Below are positions 23,358-31,383 of a stretch of DNA of 31,383 bases, piece by piece. Made by a program: the position numbers and the translations under genes. The notes below the pieces were generated by a model. It worked only from the letters and a program-made list of their open reading frames with translations, ran no database searches and was not told the origin of the DNA. The stretch is from a virus (lineage: Duplodnaviria > Caudoviricetes): positions 1 through 31,383 of IMG/VR virus record IMGVR_UViG_3300017651_000084, one strand, 5' to 3'. The stretch's first letter is position 1; each line of letters starts with the position of its first letter.

Positions 23358-23944
23358 TGGCTACAATTGTAGAAGAGTTTGATTCAACTAGTATTAAAAA
23401 TTCAAGCATTCAGTTTTTTGAAACCGATGGAACAAAAAAGCCAGGAACCAAGTTTGGGAGTATCGGATCTATCGAAGGAGAAACAACTTTAAGAGAATTA
23501 ATAAAAAGAGCAGAAGGTGTAGAGGTCCGTAAAAAGACAAAACCTGAAAAGATTGACATAACAATTTCTGCACTTATCCCGGTTGGAGTTGTTCGTGATT
23601 TCTTCGGATTAAGTACAGAAGGATTAAAGCCTGGTGTTTATAAATATTCTCAGCAAAGCAAAGGGAAAGAATTTGTTTATACTGCTGACGTAATTGATGA
23701 GTTTGAAGATGTAGTGAAATTAATTGCTTTCCCGAAAGCGGTTAGTGCTACAGGGTTTAAATTCGCAATTGAAAATGGTGCAGATGAAGTAGCACAAATG
23801 GAAGTTGAAGTAACTGCATATCCAGATGAACAAGGTAACTTATATTACGAAGCGTTTGTTTCAGAATTAGATGATCCAACTATTGCTGACACTTGGCATT
23901 CTGAATTTAATTACACGCTTGTCGAAGCAATTCCAGCGCCTTAG
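23357..23944 (+). CDS. Major tail (tube) protein
   Basis: 195 aa, upstream of the chaperone and tape measure genes, followed by a terminator. Confidence 0.82.
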   Translation: MATIVEEFDSTSIKNSSIQFFETDGTKKPGTKFGSIGSIEGETTLRELIKRAEGVEVRKKTKPEKIDITISALIPVGVVRDFFGLSTEGLKPGVYKYSQQSKGKEFVYTADVIDEFEDVVKLIAFPKAVSATGFKFAIENGADEVAQMEVEVTAYPDEQGNLYYEAFVSELDDPTIADTWHSEFNYTLVEAIPAP

Positions 23945-23971
23945 GAGTAGGTTTTTACCTGCTCCTTTTTT
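23943..23971 (+). terminator. Intrinsic terminator after the major tail gene
   Basis: AGGAGTAGGT/ACCTGCTCCT followed by a T tract. Confidence 0.8.
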
Positions 23972-23998
23972 ATTTGTATATAGGAAGGAGGAATCTAA

Positions 23999-24481
23999 AT
24001 GGGTGTTAAAATTAGCGCTATTGAATTAAAGGAAGTTGAAATTGTTGAATTGGAAGATGGGACTTTTGAAAAACGTTTTATTAATCCGAAGAGATATCCT
24101 GCATTTCTTACTCATAGATCCTTAGCTAGAGGACAGCAACTTGGAATTACAAAAACATCACTCATTAGCGAATTGATTAAAATGAATCAGCTGGTTGATT
24201 CTGATGGGAATATTGATATGGATAACATCACACCTGAACAAGCAGAAATTATAGATATTGAAAAATATTTACCTGTCATCTATTTGGGTGTGATTGGAGC
24301 GAATAAAGCTTTACAACTCTCCTACGATGATTTTCTCAACTTATACCACGCTGATATGGAAAAAATAATGATTGATTATATCGAGTTAGTTATGCCTTAC
24401 ATTGACGATAATCCAAATGAATTCAAAAAGGGATTAGAACAAAGCACAAAAAAAAAGCGGAAAAAGGCGAACGGAAAATAA
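23999..24481 (+). CDS. Tail assembly chaperone (gpG-like)
   Basis: Between major tail and tape measure genes; ends near a slippery A9G run. Confidence 0.82.
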   Translation: MGVKISAIELKEVEIVELEDGTFEKRFINPKRYPAFLTHRSLARGQQLGITKTSLISELIKMNQLVDSDGNIDMDNITPEQAEIIDIEKYLPVIYLGVIGANKALQLSYDDFLNLYHADMEKIMIDYIELVMPYIDDNPNEFKKGLEQSTKKKRKKANGK

Positions 24482-24651
24482 AACCTCCTAAACTAAATAT
24501 TCAATGTGTAGAAGACCTTTACACCCTTTATGTATTAGCCTATGGAATTGACCATGAAACCTTCTGGGATTATCCGTTGTTTGATGTTGAACGGATATTC
24601 GAAAACAAACAAGCATATGATTCATGGTCTAATAACCCTAAATATCAATAG
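24448..24651 (+). CDS. -1 frameshift extension of the tail chaperone (gpGT-like)
   Basis: A AAA AAG at 24451-24457. The -1 frame is open as KAEKGERKIKPPKLNIQCVEDLYTLYVLAYGIDHETFW...NPKYQ* and ends just before the tape measure RBS. Confidence 0.8.
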   Translation, partial: KKKAEKGERKIKPPKLNIQCVEDLYTLYVLAYGIDHETFWDYPLFDVERIFENKQAYDSWSNNPKYQ

Positions 24652-24666
24652 ATCGGAGGTGAACGA

Positions 24667-27114
24667 ATGGCAAAACAACCAGAAGCTAAAGTTAAATTTA
24701 GTGTACTCAATAAAGAGTTTAATGATGGCATGGCCGAAATAAATCGTGAGAGTACGAAATTAAGAAAAGAATTTAAGTTGCAAGAAGAACAATTGAAACA
24801 AAATGGCTCTGCATCGGACCTATTAAGCAACAAAATAAATCGTTTATCAAGTGAACAAGAACTGACTAGAAAGAAGATTAAATTAACAGAGGAACAATTA
24901 GCAAAAGCCAAGCAACATTATGGTGAAAACTCTAATGAGGCTAATAAACTATCAAATAAATTATTAGATTTACGTATTAGTGAACAAAAGCTCGAGAATG
25001 CCATAAGCGGTACTAAAGCGGAATTGAATAAACAATCCCAAGCAATGGAAGACACTGCTAAGGATGCTAAGAAATTATCTGATGCTCTAGCAGAAGTAGG
25101 AGATAAAGCAAAAGACATTGGAGGTAAATTTTCCACTGGTGTAACACTTCCGTTAGCTGGTATGGGTCTTGCTGCAGGGAAAACTGCAGTTGATATAGAT
25201 GGAGCAGTTCGTTTATTAAATGGTTCATTAGGCACAACAGGAGAAGAAGCTAAGCAACTTGAAGAAGATTTGCGTACAGTTTGGACGGACGGATTCGGTG
25301 ACAATCCAGAAGATGCTGCAAGAGCAATGATGTTAGTAAAGCAAAATATTCAAGGCATTAACGATGGGGAACCACTTCAAGAGGCTACTAAGGACATATT
25401 AACTTTAGCAAAAGTAACGGATTCGGATGTTAGTGAAGCTACACGTGGTATTAATCAATTGATGCATAACTTTGGATTAACATCTCAAGAAGCTATGGAT
25501 TTGTTCGCTAAGGGCCAAGCAGAAGGGTTAAATTACTCCCAAGAAATGTTCGATAACGTTTCTGAATATGCTCCTCTATTTAAACAAATGGGATTTTCCG
25601 CGGAAGAGTATTTCACTATATTAGCTAATGGAAGTCAAAATGGAGCTTATAATCTAGACTACATTAATGACTTGATGAAAGAGTTTGATATTCGTGCAAG
25701 GGATGGTTCTAAAACAACAGCCGAAGCATTTGAAGGAATGTCCCAAAGTACACAGGATATGTTTCAAAAATTCCTAGATGGTAAAGCAACAACACAGGAA
25801 TTATTTGACGTTGTTATTCCAGAACTAGAAAAGATGGATGATCAAGTATTAGCCAATCAAATAGGTGTTGACTTATTCGGTACAAAGTTTGAAGACATGG
25901 GCGCAAAAACTGTATTTTCTTTAAATGATGTTAACACCTCGCTACAAAATACTAAAGGATCCATGGATGCCCTAGCACAATCTCAAGAAGAATCTTTTGG
26001 GATGAAACTTCAAAGTTCTTTAAGATCTATAGGTGCAGCATTAGAACCAGTTGGAATTATTTTATTAAATATGCTCATGCAAGTAACTCCATACCTTGAA
26101 CGGTTTGCACTATGGTTTCAAAACCTTAGTCCTGGCATTCAAAGGGTAGTTGTGGTGATTGGTGGATTATTAGCGATTTTAGGTCCACTAATATCTTTCT
26201 TTGGATTTTTCTTGCAAGGTGTAATGCCAATTATAAATGTTGTTACAAAGCTGTGGAGCTGGATTTCTAAACTTGCGCCAGTCTTTAAAGTATTAAGGAT
26301 TGTAATGTTAGCTCTGACGGGACCAGTCGGAATTGTAATTGCGATAATAACCGCACTCGTTACAGCTATTGTTCTTTTGTGGCAGAAAAACGAAGCTTTT
26401 AGAAACGCTGTTACTAAAGCGTGGAATTGGATAAAGGATACTGCAGTAAAAGTATTTAATTATGTCATCTCGTTCTTTCAAAAATGGGGTTCAACTATAC
26501 TTGCAGTAGTAACTGGTCCGATTGGGGCATTAGCATTATTTATTTATAAAAATTTTGATTCAATAAAATCTAAAGCTCAATCGATTTTTTCTAAAGTAAA
26601 GGATTTTATGACAAATCCAATTCAAAATGCACGTGATACTATCCTTGGAATTATAGACAAGATCACTGGTGCGTTTAGCAAAATGAAGATTACGATTCCA
26701 AAACCAAAACTTCCGAAAATCGATATAAGTACAGCTTATAAAGAGATTGCAGGGATAAGCATTCCTTACCCAAGATTTAATGTGAATTGGCACAAAACAG
26801 GCGGGGTAATGACACAGCCATTTATTGCAGGTAATGCAGGATTTGGTGATGTGGAAGAGGGGATTGTTCCTTTTGAAGGACCTCACGCTATGAAAATAGC
26901 AAAGTTAATTGCTGCAGCACAAAACAAGTTGTCAAATGCGAAAAATAACTTAGTTGATAAAGTATCTAACAATATACTTCAAGTGAATATCGAAGCAGCG
27001 GATGTAGTTTTGAATAAAAAATCTGTTGGAAAAGTAATGTGGAAACCGATTCGAGAAGAAACAGTTAGGCATCAAAACCAAAGTGCAAGGACTATAAAGG
27101 GGAGAATTCGATGA
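24667..27114 (+). CDS. Tail tape measure protein
   Basis: 815 aa; N-terminal coiled coil, central phage minor-tail core, hydrophobic segments, W/F-spaced repeats. Confidence 0.92.
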   Translation: MAKQPEAKVKFSVLNKEFNDGMAEINRESTKLRKEFKLQEEQLKQNGSASDLLSNKINRLSSEQELTRKKIKLTEEQLAKAKQHYGENSNEANKLSNKLLDLRISEQKLENAISGTKAELNKQSQAMEDTAKDAKKLSDALAEVGDKAKDIGGKFSTGVTLPLAGMGLAAGKTAVDIDGAVRLLNGSLGTTGEEAKQLEEDLRTVWTDGFGDNPEDAARAMMLVKQNIQGINDGEPLQEATKDILTLAKVTDSDVSEATRGINQLMHNFGLTSQEAMDLFAKGQAEGLNYSQEMFDNVSEYAPLFKQMGFSAEEYFTILANGSQNGAYNLDYINDLMKEFDIRARDGSKTTAEAFEGMSQSTQDMFQKFLDGKATTQELFDVVIPELEKMDDQVLANQIGVDLFGTKFEDMGAKTVFSLNDVNTSLQNTKGSMDALAQSQEESFGMKLQSSLRSIGAALEPVGIILLNMLMQVTPYLERFALWFQNLSPGIQRVVVVIGGLLAILGPLISFFGFFLQGVMPIINVVTKLWSWISKLAPVFKVLRIVMLALTGPVGIVIAIITALVTAIVLLWQKNEAFRNAVTKAWNWIKDTAVKVFNYVISFFQKWGSTILAVVTGPIGALALFIYKNFDSIKSKAQSIFSKVKDFMTNPIQNARDTILGIIDKITGAFSKMKITIPKPKLPKIDISTAYKEIAGISIPYPRFNVNWHKTGGVMTQPFIAGNAGFGDVEEGIVPFEGPHAMKIAKLIAAAQNKLSNAKNNLVDKVSNNILQVNIEAADVVLNKKSVGKVMWKPIREETVRHQNQSARTIKGRIR

Positions 27115-27860
27115 AAAGTAAACTTAACTTCCTAATTGAATATGTTAACGGTGAAATATTTGACATGCACAACTTAGGATTGTGGGTATCCTCATTTCAT
27201 ATTTTTTCCCCTGACGCAGAAAGAAGAACAATAGAACGGCCAAAAGGCAACGGTTCATTTTTAGTATCTTCTCGAATAAAAACAAGGAAGATAGAAATTG
27301 GATTTGAATTTGAGGCAGAGGACATTCAGTCTTTTGACAACTTGAAACACGATATTTTCAGGATGTTTTATACCAAGGAAGAATTTAAGATTGTTAGAGA
27401 TATCTCTCCAAATAAGGAATTATATGCGATTCAAGAAGGGGATTATGATATTGATAACATCACTATGGAAGATGGGGAATTTTCAATTGAGTTAACTATG
27501 CTCGATCCGCTTATTTATGGTATAGAAGAGGAATTGGTATTAGGTGACTATCCAATACGAAATGAAGGAAATGAAGAAGCAACACCAATCATTATAGTGA
27601 ATTTCACTTCTTCTGCAACTGAGTATAAAATTGAACACTCTAACGGTAAATTTGTGAGAATAATATATAACTTTGATGCAGGTGATAAATTAGAAGTTGA
27701 TTTGTCTAAGCGTAAAGTATTTATTAATAATGTCTTAAATATGCACACTTATTACTGGCGCAATAATCCTTTTAATTTGATGCCAGGAGAAAATATTTTG
27801 ACGGTAACACCTTCCGACGTTGCAAAAACAACGATTAAATTCAAGCCGAGGTGGTTGTAG
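27111..27860 (+). CDS. Distal tail protein (Dit)
   Basis: DP..YG, N.GNEEA.P.I, F.L.PGEN.L; directly after the tape measure gene. Confidence 0.85.
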   Translation: MKSKLNFLIEYVNGEIFDMHNLGLWVSSFHIFSPDAERRTIERPKGNGSFLVSSRIKTRKIEIGFEFEAEDIQSFDNLKHDIFRMFYTKEEFKIVRDISPNKELYAIQEGDYDIDNITMEDGEFSIELTMLDPLIYGIEEELVLGDYPIRNEGNEEATPIIIVNFTSSATEYKIEHSNGKFVRIIYNFDAGDKLEVDLSKRKVFINNVLNMHTYYWRNNPFNLMPGENILTVTPSDVAKTTIKFKPRWL

Positions 27861-30800
27861 ATGTCTGATTTACTTATTTTTGATCCGTATGACAATCTAT
27901 TAGCTGTCCTCTCAAACGAAGTAGAAGGAGCATGTTCTTTTTGGGATGCACCATTTAAGGAAATTCTTAATCAAGGTTCAACTTTTGAGTTCACTGTGTC
28001 AGCGGATCACGAGGATTCAAAACACGTAGTAGCTGAAAACCAAGTAGCATTTATGGATAAAGACGGTGCTTTTAGGCTTTTTGTTATTAAAGAACCAGAA
28101 GAAACAAACGGAACCAATGGACCACAAATAACAGCTATTTGCGAACCGGCTTTTCTTGAATTGAATGATGAAATTATTGAAGATATCCGACTTTACAATA
28201 CAACGTTACAAGATGCATTAAGCAGAGTCTTAGAAGGTACACGTTGGGAAGTTGGTGAAGTTGCGGAATTAGGGACTAACTCAACTAATGTTTATTATGA
28301 TACAGCGACTAATGGCATTGAAAAATGTATTAATAATTGGGGTGGAGAGTTTAAGGATAGAATTGAATTGAATGAGGATGAGAACAAAATTTCTGGTCGT
28401 TTTATCGATGCACCAGCAAGACGAGGAGCAGATACAGGAAAACGATGGGAGATAGATAAAGACATCCTTACCCTTACCCATAAAGTTCAATCATTTCCCA
28501 AAACAGCCCTATATGGTCGTGGTTCATCATTAGAAACAGACGATGGTGGATTTACAAGAAAGATTACGTTTGCTGATGTTGAATGGAAAGTAAGTAATGG
28601 TGATCCAGTTGATAAACCCTTAGGACAAGAATGGGTAGGAGATCCAGAAGCGCTTGCCGAGTATGGAAGAAAAAATGAAGATGGTTCTTTACGTCATAGA
28701 TTCGGAATATTTGATAACGGTGATCAAGAAGACCCAGAATTATTACTTTTAGAGACTTGGGAAGCATTACAAGAACAAAAGCGTCCACTTGAAAATTATG
28801 AGATGGATGTTTTTTTATTAGAAGAAATTACAGGATATGAACATGAAAAGGTGCGCTTAGGAGATACCACATTTGCTATTGACCGTTCTTTTTCCAAACC
28901 AATTGAAATTGAATCACGTGTTATTTCATTCGAATATGATGTATCTGATCCAGATAATACAGGAGAAGTAGAGTTAGGACAGCATATTGATTTATATGCA
29001 GATGAAAAACGATTGGATGATATTGAAACTAAACTGAATGATAAAGGCGGTATTTGGGATAAAGGAGGAAATAAACCCGTAACCGATGACCGCATAGAAA
29101 ATGTCACACCAACAAAAGTATTGAATGTAGTTGCATCGGGATTGTTTAAGAACATTTTAGTTGAGTGGGATTTCGTCAGTACAATATCAATAGCGCATTA
29201 TGAAATATATGCTTCTCAAATACAAGGATTTACACCTGACGCTTCGAATCTAGTGTATCGTGGGAAAACAAGTGTATATAGCCATAAAGCAGACAACAAT
29301 CAACAGTGGTATTTTAGAGTACGCGCGGTTAACACTCATGGAGTAGCTGGACCGTTCTCTGATGAAGCTACAGCAAATACTGCACGAATCATTTCGGAAG
29401 ATATCTTTTTTGGTGAGGACATTGCAGCTGAGCTTAGAGAGTTATCGAAAACAGCTCAATTATTAGCTGAGAATTCCATTACAGAAGTGCAAATACAAGA
29501 TGGTCAAATCTCAGCTCGTCTAATGGCAGCTAATAGTATTACTGCTGCGAATGGGGCCCTAGCAAATGCATCAATTACAAGGGCGAAACTCCAGAACGCA
29601 ATCATTGGGACAGCTCAAATTGATGATTTAGCAGTAACTAATGCAAAGATAGGGAATCTTGCTGTAGATGATGCTAAAATTGCTAATTTGTCAGTATCAA
29701 AATTAAAAGCCGGGACCATTGATACAACACACATAAAAATACGTGGTGGTTCTACACAAACTTACGCTGAAATAGATGGAAATATGATGGGTATTTACGG
29801 TCAGTTTGTACGCGACTTCCCTGACGGACCTGCAACTTACACGTCTTTCACACAGTCTTTTGAAGGAGCTTTCAGAGCAGGAATAGCTAAAAAGGTAGCT
29901 GGTAGTACCACTATAGATGATAATAGATGGACAGTCTTAACTGATAAAGGTATATCAACACAGCAAGAAATCCATAGCTTGTCACCAGATAAAAACGGTG
30001 CTAGGTTTATTGACTTGTACGCAGATGAAACAAGAACAGGAACGGTTAAAGGTTTAGGTATGCATATTTACAGTGGTCAAAATATGACTATTGAAGCCTT
30101 TTATGATCTAAATATTTTTGCAGACAAAAATACCTTAGTGGACGTTACATCAGGTGGTTTTCGTGTAAATGCAAATGATGCAGGACTTGTCTTAAAAAGA
30201 TTAAATCCTTATACGACTACAAGCGGTCAATCTATCACATTTAGAGCAAGTGATGATACGGTGATGGGGATATTATCACAGCCGAATAACAACTACAACA
30301 TGCACCTTCGGACAGTGTTTGGCGACTACTTAATTCTAGGGGCAAAGCAAGAGATTCACATTAAAGACCAGGACGGTAACGGATGGAAAGATGTTGTTGC
30401 TAATCACTATAAAATAGATTCTGGTCACTCAGCTTATATCAATGGTACTGGTAGCGGAAATACATCGGGTGCAGGTGATATATCTGGAACGAATAATAAT
30501 GGCTCACCTGTTTTAATGGCTAGTGGAATACGAATTAGAAATGCAGATTTTAATTTTTATTTAGCGGTGGATGCAACGGGTGAGTTGAGAGTTACGGATC
30601 TATTTGGAGCTGGCGCAACAGAGATAGGTTATAGGCCTATTCGCACAAGTGAGGTGCGCAATGGTTCATCAATCACATATAAAACAAACATAGAACCTTT
30701 AGCAGACATTGGATTAAGTACAATTAACAATCTTGATGTAAATCGATATATCCTACAAACTGATGTCGATAACGGGATATATGACAACTGGCAAGTAGGA

Positions 30801-31022
30801 TTAATCAGCGAATTAAGTCCAGAAGTGGCTACCCCTGACGGAAAAGCAATCAACCTATATAAATTATTAGGTTATAACGTTAAAGCGACTCAAGAAGTTG
30901 ATGTTAAAGCAGAGTCCAGTCTTAAAAGGTTAGATGATCACGTTTTACTATTTGAAGTTATGCAGCAATCAATTGACGAACTAACTCAAAGGGTTACAAA
31001 TTTAGAACAACAGGCTAGCTAA
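27861..31022 (+). CDS. Tail tip / Tal-type spike protein with FN3 domain, repeats and C-terminal intramolecular chaperone (S74-like)
   Basis: Phage endopeptidase-like N-terminus (TALYGRG); FN3 WYFRVRAVN.HG..G.FS; 10-aa I..AKI..LAV repeats; SS..YK.NI...GLI.E plus terminal coiled coil. Confidence 0.85.
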   Translation: MSDLLIFDPYDNLLAVLSNEVEGACSFWDAPFKEILNQGSTFEFTVSADHEDSKHVVAENQVAFMDKDGAFRLFVIKEPEETNGTNGPQITAICEPAFLELNDEIIEDIRLYNTTLQDALSRVLEGTRWEVGEVAELGTNSTNVYYDTATNGIEKCINNWGGEFKDRIELNEDENKISGRFIDAPARRGADTGKRWEIDKDILTLTHKVQSFPKTALYGRGSSLETDDGGFTRKITFADVEWKVSNGDPVDKPLGQEWVGDPEALAEYGRKNEDGSLRHRFGIFDNGDQEDPELLLLETWEALQEQKRPLENYEMDVFLLEEITGYEHEKVRLGDTTFAIDRSFSKPIEIESRVISFEYDVSDPDNTGEVELGQHIDLYADEKRLDDIETKLNDKGGIWDKGGNKPVTDDRIENVTPTKVLNVVASGLFKNILVEWDFVSTISIAHYEIYASQIQGFTPDASNLVYRGKTSVYSHKADNNQQWYFRVRAVNTHGVAGPFSDEATANTARIISEDIFFGEDIAAELRELSKTAQLLAENSITEVQIQDGQISARLMAANSITAANGALANASITRAKLQNAIIGTAQIDDLAVTNAKIGNLAVDDAKIANLSVSKLKAGTIDTTHIKIRGGSTQTYAEIDGNMMGIYGQFVRDFPDGPATYTSFTQSFEGAFRAGIAKKVAGSTTIDDNRWTVLTDKGISTQQEIHSLSPDKNGARFIDLYADETRTGTVKGLGMHIYSGQNMTIEAFYDLNIFADKNTLVDVTSGGFRVNANDAGLVLKRLNPYTTTSGQSITFRASDDTVMGILSQPNNNYNMHLRTVFGDYLILGAKQEIHIKDQDGNGWKDVVANHYKIDSGHSAYINGTGSGNTSGAGDISGTNNNGSPVLMASGIRIRNADFNFYLAVDATGELRVTDLFGAGATEIGYRPIRTSEVRNGSSITYKTNIEPLADIGLSTINNLDVNRYILQTDVDNGIYDNWQVGLISELSPEVATPDGKAINLYKLLGYNVKATQEVDVKAESSLKRLDDHVLLFEVMQQSIDELTQRVTNLEQQAS

Positions 31023-31029
31023 AATAGGA

Positions 31030-31215
31030 GTGAAAATAATGAATATAGATTTAAATGACATTATTGAAAATTTAACTGCAAGGATAAGTATCCTGACACG
31101 TGAAAGCGCAATAAAAACCGCTCAAATTATTGCGTTAGAAAAGGAAATCGCTGAGACTAAATCAGCTAAAAAGAATGAACAACAGGAAGAGACGAAAAAA
31201 CCAGAAGCCGAATAA
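31030..31215 (+). CDS. Small coiled-coil tail-associated protein
   Basis: RBS AGGAG; 61 aa; start may be ATG 31039. Confidence 0.68.
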   Translation: MKIMNIDLNDIIENLTARISILTRESAIKTAQIIALEKEIAETKSAKKNEQQEETKKPEAE

Positions 31216-31229
31216 GGCTTTTTTATTTT
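31204..31229 (+). terminator. Intrinsic terminator
   Basis: AAGCC-GAATAA-GGCTT followed by TTTTATTTT. Confidence 0.6.
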
Positions 31230-31253
31230 GGTTTACTGAAGGAGGGATAGGCC

Positions 31254-31383
31254 ATGAATAAAGAATTTAACATAACCGTAGATATAGAAAAATCCATCCG
31301 AAACCAAGTGTATAACGTTAACTCCAACGATTTGGACACGCTCAAATTTATCGTTACAGTTAATAAAAGCGGTGCTCCTATCA
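31254..31383 (+). CDS. BppU-like baseplate upper protein, N-terminus (truncated by window end)
   Basis: RBS AAGGAGGG; MNKEFNITVDIEKSIRNQVYNVNSNDLDTLKFIVTVNKSGAPI. Confidence 0.6.
   Translation, partial: MNKEFNITVDIEKSIRNQVYNVNSNDLDTLKFIVTVNKSGAPI

Larger units (their letters stand above)
123..31383. mobile_element. Temperate siphovirus prophage, right end outside window
   Basis: Contiguous integrase, immunity, replication, packaging, head and tail modules in canonical order. Confidence 0.97.

Noticed and set aside
21650-23950. +1 frameshift extensions of capsid or major tail proteins (SPP1/A118 type)
   Set aside because: No CCC-TAA signal at either end; the tail gene is followed directly by a terminator and no Ig-like ORF.
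19156-30853. Minus-strand ORFs within the head and tail module
   Set aside because: Antisense shadows of long structural genes with no independent evidence.
27861-31383. Diversity-generating retroelement or invertible tail-fibre shufflon
   Set aside because: No reverse transcriptase, template/variable repeat pair or inverted cassettes visible in this window.

Overview
This window is the left ~31 kb of a temperate siphovirus prophage in a low-GC Bacillaceae-like host. Its large serine integrase has inserted it into the host competence ATPase gene comGA, which breaks immediately after the His-box 'ALTGH' at about 122. The modules run in this order: integrase plus ImmA/IrrE protease under a LexA-boxed promoter; a convergent unknown gene pair (a 2-TM protein and a soluble protein) inside the immunity region; a CI/Cro switch with four palindromic operators; a Rha-KilAC antirepressor; a DnaD-type initiator with internal iterons; many small early genes (FbpA-like, dimeric dUTPase, AbrB-like, SSB); an ArpU activator; a second, tyrosine recombinase; YopX and other small genes; a late promoter with 11-bp repeats; a degenerate tRNA-Arg; HNH, cos region and terminase; an HK97-type head; and tail genes up to the start of a BppU-like baseplate gene. 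Lysis genes and attR lie beyond the window. The most unusual observations are (1) a degenerate ~24-bp motif (core TCGCAGTTCGAG) at up to ten small-gene boundaries on both sides of the tyrosine recombinase, suggesting a cassette-array architecture, (2) the Rex-like convergent gene pair, (3) the comGA interruption, (4) an anti-SD/antisense switch on arpU, (5) a bistable RNA hairpin upstream of the replication genes, and (6) a Prp/L27-type cleavage motif on the capsid protein. All family names come from motif recognition by eye; no database search was run.
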